Part shown: positions 28,995 through 37,132 of the stretch, one piece after another
Position numbering within the stretch: position 1 is the stretch's first letter
How the letters are laid out: each line of letters begins with the position of its first letter
Origin: Candidatus Brocadiia bacterium
GTDB taxonomy: Bacteria > Planctomycetota > Brocadiia > CAIUPP01
NCBI GenBank assembly: GCA_050015075.1
Contig: JBEKCB010000035.1
Span: 1 to 53,226, forward strand
Direction of reading: 5' to 3'
DNA: 53,226 bases
Made by a program: the position numbers and the translations under genes
Notes under the pieces: model-generated
What the model saw: only the letters and a program-made list of their open reading frames with translations
What the model was told of the DNA's origin: nothing
Databases searched by the model: none

Positions 28995-30412
28995 GCGCCG
29001 GCAAACCGCTGGTCAGCGTCATTATCCCCGCTTACAATGCGGCGCAATTTCTGCGCGAGGCGGTCGCCAGCGTCCGCGCTCAGGGATACGGCCCCATCGA
29101 GATCGTCATCGTGGATGACGGCTCGACCGACAACACCGCCGAAACGATCCAATCACTCGGCGAGGGCATCTGCTATGTCCGGCAGGCCAATGCCGGCCCG
29201 GCCGCGGCGCGCAACCGCGGCCTGGCCGAGGCGCGCGGGGAGTGGATCGCGTTCCTCGACGCCGACGATCTCTGGCCCATGGATAAACTGAGGGTGCAGG
29301 CAGCGCGGCTGGAGGCCGATCCCTTGCTGGAGGTGGTGCTGGGCCGGGTTCAGTACCGTCACGAACCGGGTGTGGCGAAGGCCGACCTCCGATATGAAGG
29401 GCCGGATGACACCCTCGTCAATGTTCACCTCGGCAGCGGCTTGTACCGGCGGACGGTGTTCGACAGGGTCGGACTCTTCAACCCGACCCTGCGGTTCAGC
29501 GAGGACCACGATTGGTTCCTCCGCGCGCGAGAGCTCGCTGTGCGCATGACGATTCTGCCCCAGGTCACACTCCTCTACCGATTGCACGGGAAGAACATGA
29601 CCCGCACTGAGCCGACGGGAGACTACAACCTCCTCAAAGTGCTCAAGGCGTCGCTCGACCGCCGCCGCGCGGCGGGAGGAGGCCAGGTTTGCCCGGTGCC
29701 TCGCTTCGCCGATTGCGACGAGGCCAACCGCAACCTGGTCAGTTGCATCGTCCCCGTGTGGAACGGCGGGAAGTATATCGCCACAGCCCTGCAGAGCATC
29801 CTGGATCAAACCTGGACGCGGAATGAGATTATCGTCATTGACGACGGCTCGACCGACGACAGCGTTCAGGCCGCGCGCCGCGCCGCGCCGCAGGCGGCGG
29901 TCTATTCCCAGCCGAATGCCGGTCCGGGCGCGGCGCGTAACCGGGGCGTCGAACTGGCCAAAGGGGCGTTCCTGGCCTTTCTGGACGCCGATGATCTCTG
30001 GTCCCCTGAAACGCTCAGCCGACAGATGTCGGCCTTTGAAAAAGAACCGACGCTCGACATGGTGTTCGGCCAGGTGGAACAGTTCTGCAGCCCGGAGTTG
30101 ACCGCCGCCGAGAAGGCGAAATGGGGCAACGTCGGGGGCGTCATGCGGGCGCACCACGTCGGCGCGATGCTCATCCGCCGCGAGTCCTTCCTTCGCGTCG
30201 GGCCCTTTCCCGCCCAGCGACGCGTGGGTGAATTCGTCGAGTGGTACGCGCTGGCGCGCGACACGGGCCTGCGCGAGGTGATGCTGTCCGACGTGTCCCT
30301 GCGGCGCCGCGTACACGGCGGGAACTCCGTCCTCCGAGAACGCGCCAGCCATTCCGACTACGTCCATATCGTCAAGAGCGCCCTCGATCGCCGGCGGAAA
30401 GCGGCGCCGTGA
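28991..30412 (+). CDS. Tandem double-domain GT2 glycosyltransferase
   Basis: Two copies of VS.I.P..N / DDGSTD / N.G..AARNRG / AFLDADDLW; ATGA coupling to the kinase. Confidence 0.92.
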   Translation: MSAGKPLVSVIIPAYNAAQFLREAVASVRAQGYGPIEIVIVDDGSTDNTAETIQSLGEGICYVRQANAGPAAARNRGLAEARGEWIAFLDADDLWPMDKLRVQAARLEADPLLEVVLGRVQYRHEPGVAKADLRYEGPDDTLVNVHLGSGLYRRTVFDRVGLFNPTLRFSEDHDWFLRARELAVRMTILPQVTLLYRLHGKNMTRTEPTGDYNLLKVLKASLDRRRAAGGGQVCPVPRFADCDEANRNLVSCIVPVWNGGKYIATALQSILDQTWTRNEIIVIDDGSTDDSVQAARRAAPQAAVYSQPNAGPGAARNRGVELAKGAFLAFLDADDLWSPETLSRQMSAFEKEPTLDMVFGQVEQFCSPELTAAEKAKWGNVGGVMRAHHVGAMLIRRESFLRVGPFPAQRRVGEFVEWYALARDTGLREVMLSDVSLRRRVHGGNSVLRERASHSDYVHIVKSALDRRRKAAP

Positions 30413-30500
30413 TGGCGAGCGTGCCCGCCGCGGACATTCGCCGGGACCGAGCGGCTTGTCCAGGACCGACGTGAGCGGATTGCAGAGGCGATCCGAGAGA

Positions 30501-32144
30501 ATGGAAAAGGTCATGGATCATCGCAGGTGGCTCGAATGGGACAAAGCTTGCTGCTGGGTCATGGCGGGAATCGTCGCGTTCGCACTCAGCATTCGCCTGA
30601 TGGGTTTGAGCAAGGGGATATGGCTTGACGAGGCGGCATTGCTGCGCGGGATACTCGGGAGGAGCGTCTTGGGGACACTTCGCGCCCTGAGAGGCTATCC
30701 CCAGCCGCCGCTGATGTTCGTATTGCTGAACCTGTGGTCCCGGATGGGGACTTCCGAAGCCTTCTTGAGGCTCCCCGCGGTGATCTTCGGCGTCGGCACG
30801 GTGGCTGCGGTGGTGGTCTGGATGAAATCCTACTCGCGGGCGGCGGGCATCCTGGCGGGAATCTGCGCCGCGGCGACGCCGATATTCCTTCGATACTCGC
30901 AGGAGATACACGGTTACCCGCTCCTCCTGTTTGCCACGGCGCTGGCCTTCCTCTTCGCTTCACGCGTGGCCAGCCGGCCTGAGCAGGCGTACGGATACGT
31001 CGGCATCGCGTTCAGTCTGGCGCTGGCCGTCTCCACGCATCTGGCCGGGATCATGCTCATCCCGCCGCTCTGCGTATTCATCGCGCTGACGACCCCGGAC
31101 CGGAAGTCCGTTCGTTGGGGCGGCGCTCTTCTGGCCATCGTCGTGCCGTGCCTGATCTTCGCCTTTATTTGGTTTGTTTACCTCCACAAGATTGGTGACG
31201 TGAAGCGGACGTGGTGGATGCCGCCGGTTTCCATGGAGCTGGTGGCAACCATGTCGCGATCTCTCTTTGGCGTGGCGGTGTTGTCGTGGATTTCGACGCC
31301 CTTCCAGGACCGCATGCCCGCCCTGGCTTTCTGCGTTGAGCTCTCTGCGAAGTGTCTGCTGCTCGCGTGGCTTGCCGTCCTGGTCGCGCGCGGCGATTGG
31401 CGACGCACCTTCCCCTTCCTGGTGGCTGCCGCCATCTATTGGGCGGAGATCATTGGCTATTCCATCCTGGACACACCGATCTTCTGGGACCGGATACTCT
31501 TGCCGAGCATGGTGCCGCTCATCGGGTTCATCGCCTTGCAGATCGTGACGATTCGAGAGGCGCCGCTCAAAACAGCCTCGACAGTCGTTCTCGTCCTGCT
31601 GGCTTTGGCCTTCACGGCAAAGTGGGTCGCCGTAGATGCTCACAAGCCCCATGAGGGATGGAGAGAGGCCGGTGCGGCGTTGGCGTCCCAGCGCCGGCCG
31701 AATGACTTGGTCGTTTTCTATCCCTCTTATGCGGGTATCCCGATCAGGTTCTACGTTCCCGACTTGTCGGCGCGGGCGACGATGGAGATTCCGATCGGCG
31801 ACGATCCCGACGCACTGGCGTCCAAAATCCATGATAAGCTCGCCGCCTTGGATGAGGACGGAAAGCCCGCTGCCGTATTCCTGGTCCTCCGCCCGGACTT
31901 GAATACTTTCCGGGATCAGGTTACCTATCACCGGCTATTGTCCGTCCTGGCCGCCCGTCGCACGAGGCTGTCCCGCCCGGAAAAGGTCATCGCCGTGTGG
32001 GGGCTGGCGCCCAAGGGAAGGGCCGGAGGAGTGTACCGGGAGGAGCTGACGCCTTTGTTGGAATCTGAATTCGGGCATCCTGCTTCAGCGCTGGACCGGG
32101 AGATGTTTACGATGTTCGAATATGGGCCTCGCGGCAACGAGTAG
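30501..32144 (+). CDS. GT-C fold membrane glycosyltransferase (PMT/ArnT-like, GT39/83)
   Basis: GIWLDE, QPPL, LRLP, YSQE..YP motifs and many hydrophobic helices. Start uncertain (30456 or 30501). Confidence 0.75.
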   Translation: MEKVMDHRRWLEWDKACCWVMAGIVAFALSIRLMGLSKGIWLDEAALLRGILGRSVLGTLRALRGYPQPPLMFVLLNLWSRMGTSEAFLRLPAVIFGVGTVAAVVVWMKSYSRAAGILAGICAAATPIFLRYSQEIHGYPLLLFATALAFLFASRVASRPEQAYGYVGIAFSLALAVSTHLAGIMLIPPLCVFIALTTPDRKSVRWGGALLAIVVPCLIFAFIWFVYLHKIGDVKRTWWMPPVSMELVATMSRSLFGVAVLSWISTPFQDRMPALAFCVELSAKCLLLAWLAVLVARGDWRRTFPFLVAAAIYWAEIIGYSILDTPIFWDRILLPSMVPLIGFIALQIVTIREAPLKTASTVVLVLLALAFTAKWVAVDAHKPHEGWREAGAALASQRRPNDLVVFYPSYAGIPIRFYVPDLSARATMEIPIGDDPDALASKIHDKLAALDEDGKPAAVFLVLRPDLNTFRDQVTYHRLLSVLAARRTRLSRPEKVIAVWGLAPKGRAGGVYREELTPLLESEFGHPASALDREMFTMFEYGPRGNE

Positions 32145-32168
32145 GCGGCCATTCGGGGAAGCGAAGAA

Positions 32169-33320
32169 ATGGGGAGTCCTCCCACCTTGGCGGGCGATTT
32201 CCGGCCCACACCGACGCAGGAGTTGCTCCTGCGCGCCGCGTTGCTTTCCGGAACCGAGGCCGCCGGCGCATGGAGACAGTGGCGCGCTTGCGCCGACCTG
32301 GACCATCTTGATCCGGGTTCCTTTCGCCTTCTGCCGCTGCTGTACCACAATCTGAAGGCGCAAGGCATCAGCGACCCGCTGATGAACAAACTGAAGGGCA
32401 TTCATCGCATGGCCTGGTGCAGGAACCAGGACCTGCTCGAACGGTTCGCATTGCTGCTCAACGCCTTGCACGAGGAGCGCATCGGCACCATGGTTCTCAA
32501 AGGCGCGGCGGTAACGCTGCTTCACTACCGCGACCACGGCCTGCGCCCGATGCAGGACCTGGACATCCTCGTTCGCCCCGAAGCGGCGCCCGCGGCCACC
32601 GCGCTGCTGGAGCGGCTGGGCTGGAAGCCGCAGCAGGCGCTGCCCGAGGGCGGACGCGCGAGCTTCTTCCAAATGGTCCACTCCATTTCCTTCGCCGATG
32701 CCGCCCGCCGCGAGTGCGACCTGCACTGGCATGTGCTGACCGAGTGTTGCTACCCGCGGGCCGACGACGACTTCTGGGAAGCGTCAGCGCCCCTCGATGT
32801 GCACGGCGCGCAAACGCGGGCGCTCTGCCCGGCGGACCAGTTGCTGCACGTCTGCGTTCATGGCGCCCGGTGGAACGCGATCGTGCCGATCCGCTGGGTG
32901 GCCGATGCGATGGTCATCCTGCGCACGTCGCCTGAACTCGACTGGCATCGTCTCGTCGCGCAGGCTCGCGAGCGGCGCATCGTCCTGCCGCTGCGCGAAA
33001 CGCTGCAATACTTGCGGGACCATCTCAACGCGCCCCTGCCGGCAGGAACCATGCAGGAGTTGGCATCGCTTTCGGTGCGGCCTGTCGAGCGCTTGGAATA
33101 CCGCGCCCGCATCCGCCGGCCGGGAAGGCTCGGATTCCTGCCTGAGGCGTGCCTTCGACACCTGGCCTACGGCCGCTCTCTCGGCCGGGGCAGTGTTGTC
33201 GCCAACTTCCTCACGCTGCCCCGCGCGCTGCAGCACTTCTGGCAGGCAGACCACCTGTGGCAGGTGCCGTATTGCGCCGTCGCCAAGAGTTTGAAGAGAG
33301 TAGCGCCGCGCAAGTTCTGA
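32169..33320 (+). CDS. Uncharacterised nucleotidyltransferase (NTP_transf_5 family)
   Basis: VLKGAA, RPMQDLDILV, DLHW, LLHVCVH, RWVAD. Confidence 0.85.
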   Translation: MGSPPTLAGDFRPTPTQELLLRAALLSGTEAAGAWRQWRACADLDHLDPGSFRLLPLLYHNLKAQGISDPLMNKLKGIHRMAWCRNQDLLERFALLLNALHEERIGTMVLKGAAVTLLHYRDHGLRPMQDLDILVRPEAAPAATALLERLGWKPQQALPEGGRASFFQMVHSISFADAARRECDLHWHVLTECCYPRADDDFWEASAPLDVHGAQTRALCPADQLLHVCVHGARWNAIVPIRWVADAMVILRTSPELDWHRLVAQARERRIVLPLRETLQYLRDHLNAPLPAGTMQELASLSVRPVERLEYRARIRRPGRLGFLPEACLRHLAYGRSLGRGSVVANFLTLPRALQHFWQADHLWQVPYCAVAKSLKRVAPRKF

Positions 33321-33394
33321 AAGGTTTACGAACGGCAGCCTTTAGGATGAACGGCTGCGGCAAGGGAGCGCGCTATAATCTGAGATTTGCCATT

Positions 33395-34618
33395 TCATAT
33401 TCTGGAGACGCGAACCTTCCGACTGTGTGCGTCCGAGGACTTTCTGCCGCCCTGGCCGGCGCATATCTTTCGCAGCACTTCCACAAAGCGTTGGGCAACC
33501 TTGTCAGGAGAAACTTCAGTCATGCAATGCGCGATTTCAGCGCTGCGGTCCTCGTTGAACTTCGCAGGGGCCTCCGCCATTGCCCGAGGGAGCGCTTCCG
33601 CGTCAGCAGGATCGTAGAGGGTCGCTGCAAAGCCGTCGCTGACTGAGGCGGGCGCGCAGTTGCGCGACGCAATTACCGGCCGGCCGAATGAGAGCGCGAT
33701 CATTGTTGCGCCTGATGTGTATTGACCTTTCCCGGCTGAGACGACTACGTCGCTCGCTTTCATGAGAGTGGCCAGGTCATCTTCAGGAATCTTGCGAAAG
33801 TCACATATTATTTGCGGGTCAGCCGCGATCAACTCCTGAATTCTCCGCGCATACTCTTCGTCGAAGGGCCAGCCGGCGACGATGAGTCGGTCAGAGGGCC
33901 TCCTCATCCGCCTGAAGGCGGCGATCACAGTGTCAATTCCTTTGTACGGACGAATAAGCCCGAAGACCAGAAAAACGAACGCCCCGGAAGGAATGCCCAG
34001 GCGTAAGCGCGCGTCGTCCTTCCTGATGGTATCCCGATACACGCCCACGTAGCTCATATGCGGAACCACGTAGGCGGGGCGCCGCAAACGGAATTCATGT
34101 TTTACGGCATCCAGCATCCGTTGATCGTGCGCAATGACTGCGTTTGCGAAAGCGAGGGTGACAACACGACCCAGCCATTCAAGGCGCCGGTACTTCATAT
34201 CGTGGGGATACAGGTTGTGCGCCATCCACACTATCTTTGTTCGACGCAGGCGAACCAGCAGCAGGAACAAGGAGTAGCGCGCGAGGCTTTTCAGAAAACG
34301 CCAGCGCGAGGCGCCTCCGTAGTGGTAGCTCGGCCAGCCCAAGTGAAGAATATCATCCCTAATGGCTCGGCGCATAAGCCATAGCGGTCGAACGCCGGGC
34401 CACTCTTCGACTTGAAGCCGGCCCCATTTCCGAGCCCCGAACAATAAATCCAAATATGGATGCACGACAGGGGACCGGTCGGTGAAAATCGCCATGCGGA
34501 TGGGAACGTCGGAGATCTGAGACCCCGCTCGATCGTCAGAACCAGTGCGCAAGGATACAGCGTTTCCTTCCGGCTTTGGCAGGCCCGGCTGTTCAGGCTG
34601 ATGAATAGAGCTGGTCAC
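33395..34618 (-). CDS. GT4 glycosyltransferase
   Basis: HNLYPHD, FGLIRPYKG, ASDVVV, TSG...ALSFGRPVIA; lower GC than neighbours. Confidence 0.85.
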   Translation of the reverse strand: MTSSIHQPEQPGLPKPEGNAVSLRTGSDDRAGSQISDVPIRMAIFTDRSPVVHPYLDLLFGARKWGRLQVEEWPGVRPLWLMRRAIRDDILHLGWPSYHYGGASRWRFLKSLARYSLFLLLVRLRRTKIVWMAHNLYPHDMKYRRLEWLGRVVTLAFANAVIAHDQRMLDAVKHEFRLRRPAYVVPHMSYVGVYRDTIRKDDARLRLGIPSGAFVFLVFGLIRPYKGIDTVIAAFRRMRRPSDRLIVAGWPFDEEYARRIQELIAADPQIICDFRKIPEDDLATLMKASDVVVSAGKGQYTSGATMIALSFGRPVIASRNCAPASVSDGFAATLYDPADAEALPRAMAEAPAKFNEDRSAEIAHCMTEVSPDKVAQRFVEVLRKICAGQGGRKSSDAHSRKVRVSRI

Positions 34619-34877
34619 CGCTTACTGCTTTCCCTCGGTGTCTTCCACGAGAGCTGCGACAAATCTTACACTTACCCACAGACAGCCGCAAGAGGGCGAC
34701 ACAACGACCGTAACGGTGGTTCGGGATGCCGCCGGTCCGGTTGACTTGACGCATCGTGAATTGTTTAATGCGACGAGCAACTGAGAGGTTTTTGCGAGGC
34801 GGGCTGGCGGTTCCCAGTGCGATACCGGATCGAGGTGGGCATCTCGATTTCCCGGTTTTCCGTAGGAGAGGCCACAC

Positions 34878-35687
34878 TTGTCCGACGTCATTCGCCCTCC
34901 GCAGGCTCCCTGTTACCCCGACCTCAAAGGCAAGAGCGCGCTCGTAACGGGCGGCGGCAGCGGCATCGGACGCGGCATTTGCCTGCGCCTGGGCGCCGAA
35001 GGGATGCGCGTGTTCTTATGCGGCCGGACCGAGAAGACCATTCAAGAAACCGCCGAGTTGGTGCGCGCCGAAGGAGGCGAGGCCGTGCCCTTCGTCGCGG
35101 ACCTGTCGCAACCGGAGCAGATCGAGCGCCTGTTCGAGCAACTCTACGTTGTGTGCGAATCGCTCGACGTGCTTGTCCACAATGCCGCCAGAAAGGGCGG
35201 CGGCCCGCTGCAAACGCTCAACCTGGACTTGTGGCGGGCGTTCATGACGACCAACCTCGACAGCGCCTTTCTTCTGACGAAGAAGGCGTGCGAGACGATG
35301 ATCCCGCGCAAGTCCGGGAGCATCATCTTCATATCCACCATCGGCGGGTTGCGCCCGCATTACCACATGGTCCCTTACGACACCAGTAAATCGGGCATGG
35401 ACGGGTTCACGCGCGCGGCGGCCATCGAGTTGGCGGAACACGGCATACGAGTGAACGCCGTCGCACCCGGGGCGATTGCGACGGGCGGCCCGGTCTTCAA
35501 AAAAGAGATTCCTTCGAGCCACCTCGCACACGCCCATGTACCATTGAGGCGCAGGGGAGTTCCGGCGGAAATTGCAGCGTGCGTAGCCTTCCTGGCCAGC
35601 GCGCAGGCCGAATACATCGTCGGGCAGACGGTCTATGTGGATGGCGGCGCAACGGTTCAGCTGCACCCGCGCAGCAGCCCTATATGA
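34878..35687 (+). CDS. SDR family oxidoreductase (FabG-like)
   Basis: TGGGSGIG, HNAA, YDTSK, IRVNAVAPG, VDGG; TTG start after AGGAGAGG. Confidence 0.9.
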   Translation: MSDVIRPPQAPCYPDLKGKSALVTGGGSGIGRGICLRLGAEGMRVFLCGRTEKTIQETAELVRAEGGEAVPFVADLSQPEQIERLFEQLYVVCESLDVLVHNAARKGGGPLQTLNLDLWRAFMTTNLDSAFLLTKKACETMIPRKSGSIIFISTIGGLRPHYHMVPYDTSKSGMDGFTRAAAIELAEHGIRVNAVAPGAIATGGPVFKKEIPSSHLAHAHVPLRRRGVPAEIAACVAFLASAQAEYIVGQTVYVDGGATVQLHPRSSPI

Positions 35688-35700
35688 CGTGCCTTTCGAT

Positions 35701-36828
35701 TCAGTGTGGGCGGCGAGCCGGCGGCGTCTTGCCGTCGAACGCGCGAATGTAGCAGATGCAGTTCAGGAAGAGCGCGCGCCCCGCAGCGGTCATCTGCGAG
35801 GGTGGCGACGAGTAGCCCCACTGCAGGAAGTTCGCATCTCGTCCGATGCCCACGTCGCCGAACTGCTTGCCGGTATTGTACCCTTGCGCCAGCACTTCGG
35901 TGTCGGGCGAATTGGCGTAACCGCTGCCGCGGGACAACACGCTGCCAAAAGTCTTCCCGCTGTCCTGCACGCGCCAGACTTTTATCTGCTCAGGCAGGTC
36001 CCTGCCGGCCGGCGAGCGGCGGTAGTTTTTCGGGGTCGGCCACATCTCGAAGACCGGCTGAACGGGGAAGGGCTTCTGGAACACCTCATGATTGATCGGC
36101 TCAAACTGAGCCGCGTCGCTCATGCAGTTTCACTCATACCCCGTCTTGAGTCGAAGCTGGCTGCAGATCATCGCCCCGGCCACGCCAACGGTCACGGTCG
36201 CGCGGGCATAGTTTTGCGGCAGCTTCGGTCGCGGGAAGCTGAAGGCGTCCTTGCCGCCGCCGTCATAATCCAGGATCGCCACGTCGAACCCGTTGGCGCT
36301 CTTGTCGCTGAAAGTCGCCAGGTCGCCGGTCTCGACTTGCGTAAAATACTTGCCCAGGAAGGCGACGAAATCCTTCTCGCGATCCGAGTCGGGATGCCCG
36401 GCATAGAGGATGCGCATGGGGATCTTCGCAAGCGGCGCCGGTTGCCCCTGCTTCGGCTCCGGACGAACCGGCTCGGGCGGCAACTGCTGCGGGTTCGCGC
36501 CCTGATCCTCTATCCTTTTCATACCTGCCGGCCGCAAGTCCACCTCAGAAACTATCCCATCAGAGAGGCAAATCTCGGCGCGCTCATAGATCAGAGTCTC
36601 ACGATGCGCCGACCCGACCTGTCCCTGCGGCGGCCCAAGAAGTTCGATTACCTTTTCCCTCGGGTCTCCAGGCTTGATCTCCGGCGCGGTAGTAGTTGCC
36701 GTCGGACTGTTTGTCGCCGCAGGAGAGCCGCCAATGGCCTGCGCCGAGGCCGCTCCGGCCCCGAGCAACGCCATCGCCGTAACGCTCGCCGTCACGACGA
36801 TCAGCCGCCTGCCGCAGGTCCGCAACAT
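35701..36828 (-). CDS. Secreted hypothetical protein, candidate selenoprotein with in-frame UGA at 36132-36130 (otherwise two ORFs: 36130-36828 and 35701-36123)
   Basis: The two ORFs share a frame and are separated only by TGA-AAC-TGC, giving GYE-U-N-C-M. N-terminal signal peptide; SECIS-like hairpin directly downstream of the UGA. Confidence 0.65.
36088..36123 (-). promoter_or_regulatory. Candidate bacterial SECIS element
   Basis: ATGA-GCGACG-CGGCTCA-GTT-TGAGCCG-ATCAA-TCAT: 7-bp upper stem, apical loop starting GU, 23 nt after the UGA. Confidence 0.55.
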
Positions 36829-37132
36829 GGCTTTGCCTCCCGGCGCCGGCCTCTGGATAGAGTATCACTGGGCACCTTGATTATCGGTCCGGCAGGGCGC
36901 AAGTTTAGGTTCCGTGCATCTGGTCTAATCCCACCGGCTTTCGGCCGGTTGACTTTCAGTAGGCCGTTTCTTTCTGCGCTCATTTCTTCCGGAAGGGTTG
37001 AGCTGACTGCTCGTCATGCTGTTATCGAGTTCCAGACCGTCATGCTCGGCTTTCCATCCGGCCTGGTTTCTGGTAAATGTTAAACCGTCGCCGGCCGCGT
37101 GGAGGGCGTTCCTGTGAGGGAGAGGGAACGGA

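Noticed and set aside
27456-34618. Canonical lasso peptide or PQQ biosynthesis cluster
   Set aside because: No lasso cyclase, B2 peptidase, separate precursor, radical SAM enzyme or pqqB/C/E in the cluster.
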